NCBI GenBank assembly: GCA_964016885.1
Contig: OZ024744.1
Coordinates: 119,288,001 to 119,352,000, forward strand
Reading direction: 5' to 3'
Source of the DNA: Eledone cirrhosa
Taxonomy: Eukaryota
DNA: 64,000 nt
A program made the position numbers and the translations under genes. Within the stretch, counting starts at the first letter, position 1. Each line of letters starts with the position of its first letter. The notes under the pieces are model-generated. The model searched no databases. It was not told where the DNA came from and was given only the letters and a program-made list of their open reading frames with translations. Below are positions 34,101 through 49,100 of the stretch, one piece after another.

Positions 34101-37100
34101 CCTACTTGACCACTTTACTGTGTGTACTGGGTACGTTTTGTCGTGACACCTACATGACCAACTTACAGTGTGTAATGAGTACTTTTCGTTTTGACACCTA
34201 CATGCCCACTTAACAGTGTGTACTGAGTACTTTTTGTTGTGACACCTACATGAGCACTTTACAGTGTGTACTGGGTAATTTTTGTTGTGACACCTACATG
34301 ACCACTTTACAGTGTGTACTAGGTACTTGTTGTTGTGACACCTACATGACCACTTTACAGTGTGTACTGGGTACTTTTTGGTGTGACACCTACGTGACCA
34401 CTTTACAGCGTGTACTGGGTACTTTTTGGTGTGACACCTACATGACCACTTTACAGTGTATACTGAGTACTTTTTTTCATGACACCTACATGACCACTTT
34501 ACAATGTGTACTGGGTACTTTTTGTGACACCTACATGACCACTTTACAGTGTGTACTGGGTACTTTTTGGTGTGACACCTACATGACTACTTTACAGTGT
34601 GTACTTGGCACTTTGTGTCATGACACCTACATGACCACTTTACAGTGTGTACTGGGTACTTTTTGTCAAGACAACTACATGACCACTTTACAGTCTATAC
34701 TGGGTACTTTTTGTTGTGACACCTACATGACCACTTTACAGTGTGGACTGGGTACTTTTTGTCATGACACCTACATGACCACTTTACAGTGTGTACTAGG
34801 TACTCGATGCTGTGACACCTACATGACCACTTTACAGTGGACTGGGTACTTTTTGTTGTGACACCTACATGCCCAATTTACGGTGTGTACTGGGTACTTT
34901 TTGTTGTGACTCCTACATGACCACTTTACAGTGTGTACTGGATACTTTTTTGTCAAGACAACTACATGACCACTTTACAGTGTGTACTGGGTACTTATTG
35001 TTGTGACACCTACATGACCACTTTACAGTGTGTACTAGGCACTTGTTGTTGTGACACCTACATGACCACTTTACAGTGTGTACTGTGTACTTTTTGTTGT
35101 GACACCTACATGACCACTTTACAGTGTGTACTGAGTACCTGTTGCTGTGACACCTACATGACCACCTTACAGTGTGTACTGGGTACTTTTTGGTGTGACA
35201 CCTACATGACCACTTTACAGTGTGTACTGGGTACTTTTTGGTGTGACACCTACATGACCACTTTACAGTGTGTACTGGGTACCTTTTGTTGTGACATCTA
35301 CATGACCACTTTACAGTGTTTTACTGGGTACTTTTTGTTGTGACACCTACATGACCACTTTACAGTGTTTTACTGGGTACTTTTTGTTGTGACACCTACA
35401 TGCCCAATTTACGGTGTGTACTGGGTACTTTTTGTTGTGACTCCTACATGACCACTTTACAGTGTGTACTGGATACTTTTTTGTCAAGACAATTACATGA
35501 CCACTTTACAGTGTGTACTGGGTACTTTTTGTTGTGACACCTACATGACCACTTTACAGTGTGTACTAGGTACTTGTTGTTGTGACACCTACTTGACGAC
35601 TTTACAGTGTGTACTGGTTACGTTTTGTCATGACACCTACATGACCACTTTACAGTGTGTACTGGGTACTTTTTGGTGTGACACCTACATGACCACTTTA
35701 CAGTGTGTACTGGGTACTTTTTGTCATGACACCTACGTGACCACTTTACAGTGTGTACTGGGTACTTTTTGGTCTGACACCTACATGACCACTTTACAGT
35801 GTGTACTGAGTGATTTTTTTCATGACACCTACATGACCACTTTACAGTGTGTACGGGGTAACTTTTGTTGTGACACCTACATAACGACTTTACAGTGAGA
35901 CTAGGTACTTGTTGTTGTGAAACCTACATGCCCACTTTACAGTGTGTGCTGGGTACTTTTTGTCATGACACCTACATGACCACTTTACAGTGTGTATTGG
36001 GAACTTTTTGGTGTGACACCTACATGACCACTTTAAAGTGTGTACTGGGTACTTTTTGTCGTGACACCTACATGACCACTTTATAGTGTGTACGGGGTAC
36101 TTTTTGTCATGACACCTACATGACCACTTTACAGTGTAAACTAGGTACTTGTTGTTGTGACACATACATGACCACTTTACGGTGTGTACTGGGTACTTTT
36201 TGTCATGACACCTACGTGACCACTTTACAATGTGTACTGGGTACTTTTTGTGACACCTACATGACCACTTTACAGTGTGACTAGGTACTTGTTGTTGTGA
36301 CACCTACATGCCCACTTTACAGTGTGTACTGGGTACTTTTTGTCATGACACCTACATGCCCACTTTACAGTGTGTACTGGGTACTTTTTGTTGTGACACC
36401 TACATGACAGCTTTACAGTGTGTACTGGGTACTTTTTGTCATGACACCTACATGAACACTTTACAGTGTGTACTAGGTACTTGATATTGTGACACCTACA
36501 TGACCACTTTACAGTGTGTACTGGGTACTTTTTCGTGTGACACCTACATGACTACTTTACAGTGTGTACTTGGCACTTTGTGTCATGACACCTACATGAC
36601 CACTTTACAGTCTGTACTGTGTGCTTTTTGTCAAGACAACTACATGACCACTTTACAGTGTGTACTCGGTACATTTTGTTGTGACACCTACATGACCACT
36701 TTACAGTGTGGACTGGGTACTTTTTGTCATGACACCTACATGACCACTTTACAGTGTGTACTAGGTACTCGATGTTGTGACACCTACATGACCACTTTAC
36801 AGTGGACTGGGTACTTTTTGTTGTGACACCTACATGCCCAATTTACGGTGTGTACTGAGTACTTTTTGTTGTGACTCCTATATGACCACTTTACAGTGTT
36901 TACTGGGTACATTTTGTTGTGACTCCTACATGACCACTTTACAGTGTGTACTGGATACTTTTTTGTCAAGACATCTACATGACCACTTTACAGTGTGTAC
37001 TAGGTACTTGTTGTTGTGACACCTACTTGACCACTTTACAGTGTGTACTGGGTACATTTTGTTGTGACACCAACTTGACCACTTTACAGTGTGTACTAGG

Positions 37101-40100
37101 TACTTGTTGTTGTGACACCTACATGACCACTTTACAGTGTGTACTGGGTACTTTTTGTTGTGACACGTACATGACCACTTTACAGTGTGTACTGAGTACC
37201 TGTTGCTGTGACACCTACATGACTACTTTACAGTGTGTACTGGGTACTTTTTGTCATGACACCTACATGACCACTTTACAGTGTGTACTGGGTAGTTTTT
37301 GTTGTGACACCTACTTGACCACTTTACTGTGTGTACTGGGTACGTTTTGTCGTGACACCTACATGACCAACTTACAGTGTGTAATGAGTACTTTTCGTTT
37401 TGACACCTACATGCCCACTTAACAGTGTGTACTGAGTACTTTTTGTTGTGACACCTACATGAGCACTTTACAGTGTGTACTGGGTAATTTTTGTTGTGAC
37501 ACCTACATGACCACTTTACAGTGTGTACTAGGTACTTGTTGTTGTGACACCTACATGACCACTTTACAGTGTGTACTGGGTACTTTTTGGTGTGACACCT
37601 ACGTGACCACTTTACAGCGTGTACTGGGTACTTTTTGGTGTGACACCTACATGACCACTTTACAGTGTATACTGAGTACTTTTTTTCATGACACCTACAT
37701 GACCACTTTACAATGTGTACTGGGTACTTTTTGTGACACCTACATGACCACTTTACAGTGTGACAAGGTACTTGTTGTTGTGACACCTACATGCCCACTT
37801 TACAGTGTGTACTGGGTACTTTTTGCCATGACACCTACATGCCCACTTTACAGTGTGTACTGGGTACTTTTTGTTGTGACACCTACATGACAGCTTTACA
37901 GTGTGTACTGGGTACTTTTTGTCATGACACCTACATGAACACTTTACAGTGTGTACTAGGTACTTGATGTTGTGACACCTACATGACCACTTTACAGTGT
38001 GTACTGGGTACTTTTTGGTGTGACACCTACATGACTACTTTACAGTGTGTACTTGGCACTTTGTGTCATGACACCTACATGACCACTTTACAGTGTGTAC
38101 TGGGTACTTTTTGTCAAGACAACTACATGACCACTTTACAGTCTATACTGGGTACTTTTTGTTGTGACACCTACATGACCACTTTACAGTGTGGACTGGG
38201 TACTTTTTGTCATGACACCTACATGACCACTTTACAGTGTGTACTAGGTACTCGATGTTGTGACACCTACATGACCACTTTACAGTGGACTGGGTACTTT
38301 TTGTTGTGACACCTACATGCCCAATTTACGGTGTGTACTGGGTACTTTTTGTTGTGACTCCTACATGACCACTTTACAGTGTGTACTGGATACTTTTTTG
38401 TCAAGACAACTACATGACCACTTTACAGTGTGTACTGGGTACTTATTGTTGTGACACCTACATGACCACTTTACAGTGTGTACTAGGTACTTGTTGTTGT
38501 GACACCTACATGACCACTTTACAGTGTGTACTGTGTACTTTTTGTTGTGACACCTACATGACCACTTTACAGTGTGTACTGAGTACCTGTTGCTGTGACA
38601 CCTACATGACCACCTTACAGTGTGTACTGGGTACTTTTTGGTGTGACACCTACATGACCACTTTACAGTGTGTACTGGGTACTTTTTGGTGTGACACCTA
38701 CATGACCACTTTACAGTGTGTACTGGGTACCTTTTGTTGTGACATCTACAAGACCACTTTACAGTGTTTTACTGGGTACTTTTTGTTGTGACACCTACAT
38801 GACCACTTTACAGTGTTTTACTGGGTACTTTTTGTTGTGACACCTACATGCCCAATTTACGGTGTGTACTGGGTACTTTTTGTTGTGACTCCTACATGAC
38901 CACTTTACAGTGTGTACTGGATACTTTTTTGTCAAGACAATTACATGACCACTTTACAGTGTGTACTGGGTACTTTTTGTTGTGACACCTACATGACCAC
39001 TTTACAGTGTGTACTAGGTACTTGTTGTTGTGACACCTACTTGACGACTTTACAGTGTGTACTGGTTACGTTTTGTCATGACACCTACATGACCACTTTA
39101 CAGTGTGTACTGGGTACTTTTTGGTGTGACACCTACATGACCACTTTACAGTGTGTACTGGGTACTTTTTGTCATGACACCTACGTGACCACTTTACAGT
39201 ATGTACTGGGTACTTTTTGGTGTGACACCTACATGACCACTTTACAGTGTGTACTGGGTACTTTTTGTTGTGACACCTACATGACCACTTTACAGTGTGT
39301 ACTGGGTACTTTTTGGTCTGACACCTACATGACCACTTTACAGTGTGTACTGAGTGATTTTTTTCATGACACCTACATGACCACTTTACAGTGAGACTAG
39401 GTACTTGTTGTTGTGACACCTACATGCCCACTTTACAGTGTGTGCTGGGTACTTTTTGTCATGACACCTACATGACCACTTTACAGTGTGTATTGGGAAC
39501 TTTTTGGTGTGACACCTACATGACCACTTTAAAGTGTGTACTGGGTACTTTTTGTCGTGACACCTACATGACCACTTTATAGTGTGTACGGGGTACTTTT
39601 TGTCATGACACCTACATGACCACTTTACAGTGTAAACTAGGTACTTGTTGTTGTGACACATACATGACCACTTTACGGTGTGTACTGGGTACTTTTTGTC
39701 ATAACACCTACGTGACCACTTTACAATGTGTACTGGGTACTTTTTGTGACACCTACATGACCACTTTACAGTGTGACTAGGTACTTGTTGTTGTGACACC
39801 TACATGCCCACTTTACAGTGTGTACTGGGTACTTTTTGTCATGACACCTACATGCCCACTTTACAGTGTGTACTGGGTACTTTTTGTTGTGACACCTACA
39901 TGACAGCTTTACAGTGTGTACTGGGTACTTTTTGTCATGACACCTACATGAACACTTTACAGTGTGTACTAGGTACTTGATATTGTGACACCTACATGAC
40001 CACTTTACAGTGTGTACTGGGTACTTTTTCGTGTGACACCTACATGACTACTTTACAGTGTGTACTTGGCACTTTGTGTCATGACACCTACATGACCACT

Positions 40101-43100
40101 TTACAGTCTGTACTGGGTACTTTTTGTCAAGACAACTACATGACCACTTTACAGTGTGTACTGGGTACATTTTGTTGTGACACCTACATGACCACTTTAC
40201 AGTGTGGACTGGGTACTTTTTGTCATGACACCTACATGACCACTTTACAGTGTGTACTAGGTACTCGATGTTGTGACACCTACATTACCACTTTACAGTG
40301 GACCGGGTACTTTTTGTTGTGACACCTACATGCCCAATTTACGGTGTGTACTGGGTACTTTTTGTTGTGACTCCTATATGACCACTTTACAGTGTTTACT
40401 GGGTACATTTTGTTGTGACTCCTACATGACCACTTTACAGTGTGTACTGGATACTTTTTTGTCAAGACATCTACATGACCACTTTACAGTGTGTACTAGG
40501 TACTTGTTGTTGTGACACCTACTTGACCACTTTACAGTGTGTACTGGGTACATTTTGTTGTGACACCAACTTGACCACTTTACAGTGTGTACTAGGTACT
40601 TGTTGTTGTGACACCTGCATGACCACTTTACAGTGTGTACTGGGTACTTTTTGTTGTGACACGTACATGACCACTTTACAGTGTGTACTGAGTACCTGTT
40701 GCTGTGACACCTACATGACTACTTTACAGTGTGTACTGGGTACTTTTTGTCATGACACCTACATGACCACTTTACAGTGTGTACTGGGTAGTTTTTGTTG
40801 TGACACCTACTTGACCACTTTACTGTGTGTACTGGGTACGTTTTGTCGTGACACCTACATGACCACTTTACAATGTGTACTGGGTACTTTTTGTGACACC
40901 TACATGACCACTTTACAGTGTGTACTGAGTACTTTTTGTTGTGACACCTACATGAGCACTTTACAGTGTGTACTGGGTAATTTTTGTTGTGACACCTACA
41001 TGACCACTTTACAGTGTGTACTAGGTACTTGTTGTTGTGACACCTACATGACCACTTTACAGTGTGTACTGGGTACTTTTTGGTGTGACACCTACGTGAC
41101 CACTTTACAGCGTGTACTGGGTACTTTTTGGTGTGACACCTACATGACCACTTTACAGTGTATACTGAGTACTTTTTTTCATGACACCTACATGACCACT
41201 TTACAATGTGTACTGGGTACTTTTTGTGACACCTACATGACCACTTTACAGTGTGACAAGGTACTTGTTGTTGTGACACCTACATGCCCACTTTACAGTG
41301 TGTACTGGGTACTTTTTGCCATGACACCTACATGCCCACTTTACAGTGTGTACTGGGTACTTTTTGTTGTGACACCTACATGACAGCTTTACAGTGTGTA
41401 CTGGGTACTTTTTGTCATGACACCTACATGAACACTTTACAGTGTGTACTAGGTACTTGATGTTGTGACACCTACATGACCACTTTACAGTGTGTACTGG
41501 GTACTTTTTGGTGTGACACCTACATGACTACTTTACAGTGTGTACTTGGCACTTTGTGTCATGACACCTACATGACCACTTTACAGTGTGTACTGGGTAC
41601 TTTTTGTCAAGACAACTACATGACCACTTTACAGTCTATACTGGGTACTTTTTGTTGTGACACCTACATGACCACTTTACAGTGTGGACTGGGTACTTTT
41701 TGTCATGACACCTACATGACCACTTTACAGTGTGTACTAGGTACTCGATGTTGTGACACCTACATGACCACTTTACAGTGGACTGGGTACTTTTTGTTGT
41801 GACACCTACATGCCCAATTTACGGTGTGTACTGGGTACTTTTTGTTGTGACTCCTACATGACCACTTTACAGTGTGTACTGGATACTTTTTTGTCAAGAC
41901 AACTACATGACCACTTTACAGTGTGTACTGGGTACTTTTTGTTGTGACACCTACATGACCACTTTACAGTGTGTACTAGGTACTTGTTGTTGTGACACCT
42001 ACTTGACGACTTTACAGTGTGTACTGGGTACATTTTGTTGTGACACCTACTTGACCACTTTACAGTGTGTACTAGGTACTTGTTGTTGTGACACCTACAT
42101 GACCACTTTACAGTGTGTACTGGGTACTTTTTGTTGTGACACCTACATGACCACTTTACAGTGTGTACTGAGTACCTGTTGCTGTGACACCTACATGACT
42201 ACTTTACAGTGTGTACTGGGTACTTTTTGTCATGACACCTACATGACCACTTTACAGTGTGTACTGGGTAGTTTTTGTTGTGACACCTACTTGACCACTT
42301 TACTGTGTGTACTGGGTACGTTTTGTCGTGACACCTACATGACCAACTTACAGTGTGTAATGAGTACTTTTCGTTTTGACACCTACATGCCCACTTAACA
42401 GTGTGTACTGAGTACTTTTTGTTGTGACACCTACATGAGCACTTTACAGTGTGTACTGGGTAATTTTTGTTGTGACACCTACATGACCACTTTACAGTGT
42501 GTACTAGGTACTTGTTGTTGTGACACCTACATGACCACTTTACAGTGTGTACTGGGTACTTTTTGGTGTGACACCTACGTGACCACTTTACAGCGTGTAC
42601 TGGGTACTTTTTGGTGTGACACCTACATGACCACTTTACAGTGTATACTGAGTACTTTTTTTCATGACACCTACATGACCACTTTACAATGTGTACTGGG
42701 TACTTTTTGTGACACCTACATGACCACTTTACAGTGTGACAAGGTACTTGTTGTTGTGACACCTACATGCCCACTTTACAGTGTGTACTGGGTACTTTTT
42801 GCCATGACACCTACATGCCCACTTTACAGTGTGTACTGGGTACTTTTTGTTGTGACACCTACATGACAGCTTTACAGTGTGTACTGGGTACTTTTTGTCA
42901 TGACACCTACATGAACACTTTACAGTGTGTACTAGGTACTTGATGTTGTGACACCTACATGACCACTTTACAGTGTGTACTGGGTACTTTTTGGTGTGAC
43001 ACCTACTTGACTACTTTACAGTGTGTACTTGGCACTTTGTGTCATGACACCTACATGACCACTTTACAGTGTGTACTGGGTACTTTTTGTCAAGACAACT

Positions 43101-46100
43101 ACATGACCACTTTACAGTCTATACTGGGTACTTTTTGTTGTGACACCTACATGACCACTTTACAGTGTATACTGAGTACTTTTTTTCATGTCACCTACAT
43201 GACCACTTTACAATGTGTACTGGGTACGTTTTGGTGTGACACCTACATGACTACTTTACAGTGTGTACTTGGCACTTTGTGTCATGACACCTACATGACC
43301 ACTTTACAGTGTGTACTAGGTACTTTTTGTTGTGAACCTACCTGACCACTTTACAGTGTGTACTGGCTACTTTTTGTCATGACACCTACGTGACCACTTT
43401 ACAACGTGTACTGGGTACTTTTTGTGACACCTACATGACCACTTTACAGTGTGACTAGGTACTTGTTGTTGTGACACCTACATGCCCACTTTACAGTGTG
43501 TACTGGGTACTTTTTGTCATGACACCTACATGCCCACTTTACAGTGTGTACAGGGTACTTTTTGTTGTGACACCTACATGACAGCTTTACAGTGTGTACT
43601 GGGTACTTTTTGTCATGACACCTACATGAACACTTTACAGTGTGTACTAGATACTTGATGTTGTGACACCTACATGACCACTTTACAGTGTGTACTGGGT
43701 ACTTTTTGGTGTGACACCTACATGACTACTTTACAGTGTGTACTTGGCACTTTGTGTCATGACACCTACATGACCACTTTACAGTCTGTACTAGGTACTC
43801 GATGTTGTGACACCTACATGACCACTTTACAGTGGACTGGGTACTTTTTGTTGTGACACCTACATGCCCAATTTTCGGTGTGTACTGGGTACTTTTTGTT
43901 GTGACTCCTACATGACCACTTTACAGTGTGTACTGGATACTTTTTTCTCAAGACAACTACATGACCACTTTACAGTGTGTACTGGGTACTTTTTGTTGTG
44001 ACACCTACATGACCACTTTACAGTGTGTACTAGGTACTTGTTGTTGTGACACCTACTTGACGACTTTACAGTGTGTACTGGGTACATTTTGTTGTGACAC
44101 CTACTTGACCACTTTACAGTGTGTACTAGGTACTTGTTGTTGTGACACCTACATGACCACTTTACAGTGTGTACTGGGTACTTTTTGTTGTGACACCTAC
44201 ATGACCACTTTACAGTGTGTACTGGGTACTTTTTGTCATGACACCTACATGACCACTTTACAGTGTGTACTGGGTAGTTTTTGTTGTGACACCTAATTGA
44301 CCACTTTACTGTGTGTACTGGGTACGTTTTGTCGTGACACCTACATGACCAACTTACAGTGTGTAATGAGTACTTTTCGTTTTGACACCTACATGCCCAC
44401 TTAACAGTGTGTACTGAGTACTTTTTGTTGTGACACCTACATGAGCACTTTACAGTGTGTACTGGGTAATTTTTGTTGTGACACCTACAAGACCACTTTA
44501 CAGTGTGTACTAGGTACTTGTTGTTGTGACACCTACATGACCACTTTACAGTGTGTACTGGGTACTTTTTGGTGTGACACCTACGTGACCACTTTACAGC
44601 GTGTACTGGGTACTTTTTGGTGTAACACCTACATGACCACTTTACAGTGTATACTGAGTGCTTTTTTTCATGACACCTACATGACCACTTTACAATGTGT
44701 ACTGGGTACTTTTTGTGACACCTACATGACCACTTTACAGTGTGACAAGGTACATGTTGTTGTGACACCTACATGCCCACTTTACAGTGTGTACTGGGTA
44801 CTGTTTGCCATGACACCTACATGCCCACTTTACAGTGTGTACTGGGTACTTTTTGTTGTGACACCTACATGACAGCTTTACAGTGTGTACTGGGTACTTT
44901 TTGTCATGACACCTACATGAACACTTTACAGTGTGTACTAGGTACTTGATGTTGTGACACCTACATGACCACTTTACAGTGTGTACTGGGTACTTTTTGG
45001 TGTGACACCTACATGACTACTTTACAGTGTGTACTTGGCACTTTGTGTCATGACACCTACATGACCACTTTACAGTGTGTACTGGGTACTTTTTGTCAAG
45101 ACAACTACATGACCACTTTACAGTCTATACTGGGTACTTTTTGTTGTGACACCTACATGACCACTTTACAGTGTGGACTGGGTACTTTTTGTCATGACAC
45201 CTACATGACCACTTTACAGTGTGTACTAGGTACTCGATGTTGTGACACCTACATGACCACTTTACAGTGGACTGGGTACTTTTTGTTGTGACACCTACAT
45301 GCCCAATTTACGGTGTGTACTGGGTACTTTTTGTTGTGACTCCTATATGACCACTTTACAGTGTTTACTGGGTACTTTTTGTTGTGACTCCTACATGACC
45401 ACTTTACAGTGTGTACTGGATACTTTTTTGTCAAGACAACTACATGACCACTTTACAGTGTGTACTGGGTACTTATTGTTGTGACACCTACATGACCACT
45501 TTACAGTGTGTACTAGGTACTTGTTGTTGTGACACCTACATGACCACTTTACAGTGTGTACTGTGTACTTTTTGTTGTGACACCGACATGACCACTTTAC
45601 AGTGTGTACTGAGTACCTGTTGCTGTGACACCTACATGACTACTTTACAATGTGTACTGGGTACTTTTTGTCATGACACCTACATGACCACCTTACAGTG
45701 TGTACTGGGTACTTTTTGGTGTGACACCTACATGACCACTTTACAGTGTGTACTGGGTACTTTTTGCTGTGACACCTACATGACTACTTTACAGTGTGTA
45801 CTGGGTACTTTTTGTCATGACACCTACATGACCACTTTACAGTGTGTACTGGGTAGTTTTTGTTGTGACACCTACTTGACCACTTTACTGTGTGTACTGG
45901 GTACGTTTTGTCGTGACACCTACATGACCAACTTACAGTGTGTAATGAGTACTTTTCGTTTTGACACCTACATGCCCACTTAACAGTGTGTACTGAGTAC
46001 TTTTTGTTGTGACACCTACATGAGCACTTTACAGTGTGTACTGGGTAATTTTTGTTGTGACACCTACATGACCACTTTACAGTGTGTACTAGGTACTTGT

Positions 46101-49100
46101 TGTTGTGACACCTACATGACCACTTTACAGTGTGTACTGGGTACTTGTTGGTGTGACACCTACGTGACCACTTTACAGCGTGTACTGGGTACTTTTTGGT
46201 GTGACACCTACATGACCACTTTACAGTGTATACTGAGTACTTTTTTTCATGTCACCTACATGACCACTTTACAATGTGTACTGGGTACGTTTTGGTGTGA
46301 CACCTACATGACTACTTTACAGTGTGTACTTGGCACTTTGTGTCATGACACCTACATGACCACTTTACAGTGTGTACTAGGTACTTTTTGTTGTGACACC
46401 TACCTGACCACTTTACAGTGTGTACTGGCTACTTTTTGTCATGACACCTACGTGACCACTTTACAACGTGTACTGGGTACTTTTTGTGACACCTACATGA
46501 CCACTTTACAGTGTGACTAGGTACTTGTTGTTGTGACACCTACATGCCCACTTTACAGTGTGTACTGGGTACTTTTTGTCATGACACCTACATGCCCACT
46601 TTACAGTGTGTGCAGGGTTCTTTTTGTTGTGACACCTACATGAACACTTTACAGTGTGTACTAGGTACTTGATGTTGTGACACCTACATGACCACTTTAC
46701 AGTGTGTACTGGGTACTTTTTGGTGTGACACCTACATGACTACTTTACAGTGTGTACTTGGCACTTTGTGTCATGACACCTACATGACCACTTTCCAGTG
46801 GACTGGGTACTTTTTGTTGTGACACCTACATGCCCAATTTACGGTGTGTACTGGGTACTTTTTGTTGTGACTCCTACATGACCACTTTACAGTGTGTACT
46901 GGATACTTTTTTGTCAAGACAACTACATGACCACTTTACAGTGTGTACTGGGTACTTTTTGTTGTGACACCTACATGACCACTTTACAGTGTGTACTAGG
47001 TACTTGTTGTTGTGACACCTACTTGACGACTTTACAGTGTGTACAGGGTACATTTTGTTGTGACACCTATTTGACCACTTTACAGTGTGTACTAGGTACT
47101 TGTTGTTGTGACACCTACATGACCACTTTACAGTGTGTACTGGGTACTTTTTGTTGTGACACCTACATGACCACTTTACAGTGTGTACTGAGTACCTGTT
47201 GCTGTGACACCTACATGACTACTTTACAGTGTGTACTGGGTACTTTTTGTCATGACACCTACATGACCACTTTACAGTGTGTACTGGGTAGTTTTTGTTG
47301 TGACACCTACTTGACCACTTTACTGTGTGTACTGGGTACGTTTTGTCGTGACACCTACATGACCAACTTACAGTGTGTAATGAGTACTTTTCGTTTTGAC
47401 ACCTACATGCCCACTTAACAGTGTGTACTGAGTACTTTTTGTTGTGACACCTACATGAGCACTTTACAGTGTGTACTGGGTAATTTTTGTTGTGACACCT
47501 ACATGACCACTTTACAGTGTGTACTAGGTACTTGTTGTTGTGACACCTACATGACCACTTTACAGTGTGTACTGGGTACTTTTTGGTGTGACACCTACGT
47601 GACCACTTTACAGCGTGTACTGGGTACTTTTTGGTGTGACACCTACATGACCACTTTACAGTGTATACTGAGTACTTTTTTTCATGACACCTACATGACC
47701 ACTTTACAATGTGTACTGGGTACTTTTTGTGACACCTACATGACCACTTTACAGTGTGACAAGGTACTTGTTGTTGTGACACCTACATGCCCACTTTACA
47801 GTGTGTACTGGGTACTTTTTGCCATGACACCTACATGCCCACTTTACAGTGTGTACTGGGTACTTTTTGTTGTGACACCTACATGACAGCTTTACAGTGT
47901 GTACTGGGTACTTTTTGTCATGACACCTACATGAACACTTTACAGTGTGTACTAGGTACTTGATGTTGTGACACCTACATGACCACTTTACAGTGTGTAC
48001 TGGGTACTTTTTGGTGTGACACCTACTTGACTACTTTACAGTGTGTACTTGGCACTTTGTGTCATGACACCTACATGACCACTTTACAGTGTGTACTGGG
48101 TACTTTTTGTCAAGACAACTACATGACCACTTTACAGTCTATACTGGGTACTTTTTGTTGTGACACCTACATGACCACTTTACAGTGTATACTGAGTACT
48201 TTTTTTCATGTCACCTACATGACCACTTTACAATGTGTACTGGGTACGTTTTGGTGTGACACCTACATGACTACTTTACAGTGTGTACTTGGCACTATGT
48301 GTCATGACACCTACATGACCACTTTACAGTGTGTACTAGGTACTTTTTGTTGTGAACCTACCTGACCACTTTACAGTGTGTACTGGCTACTTTTTGTCAT
48401 GACACCTACGTGACCACTTTACAACGTGTACTGGGTACTTTTTGTGACACCTACATGACCACTTTACAGTGTGACTAGGTACTTGTTGTTGTGACACCTA
48501 CATGCCCACTTTACAGTGTGTACTGGGTACTTTTTGTCATGACACCTACATGCCCACTTTACAGTGTGTACAGGGTACTTTTTGTTGTGACACCTACATG
48601 ACAGCTTTACAGTGTGTACTGGGTACTTTTTGTCATGACACCTACATGAACACTTTACAGTGTGTACTAGATACTTGATGTTGTGACACCTACATGACCA
48701 CTTTACAGTGTGTACTGGGTACTTTTTGGTGTGACACCTACATGACTACTTTACAGTGTGTACTTGGCACTTTGTGTCATGACACCTACATGACCACTTT
48801 ACAGTGTGTACTAGGTACTCGATGTTGTGACACCTACATGACCACTTTACAGTGGACTGGGTACTTTTTGTTGTGACACCTACATGCCCAATTTTCGGTG
48901 TGTACTGGGTACTTTTTGTTGTGACTCCTACATGACCACTTTACAGTGTGTATTGGATACTTTTTTCTCAAGACAACTACATGACCACTTTACAGTGTGT
49001 ACTGGGTACTTTTTGTTGTGACACCTACATGACCACTTTACAGTGTGTACTAGGTACTTGTTGTTGTGACACCTACTTGACGACTTTACAGTGTGTACTG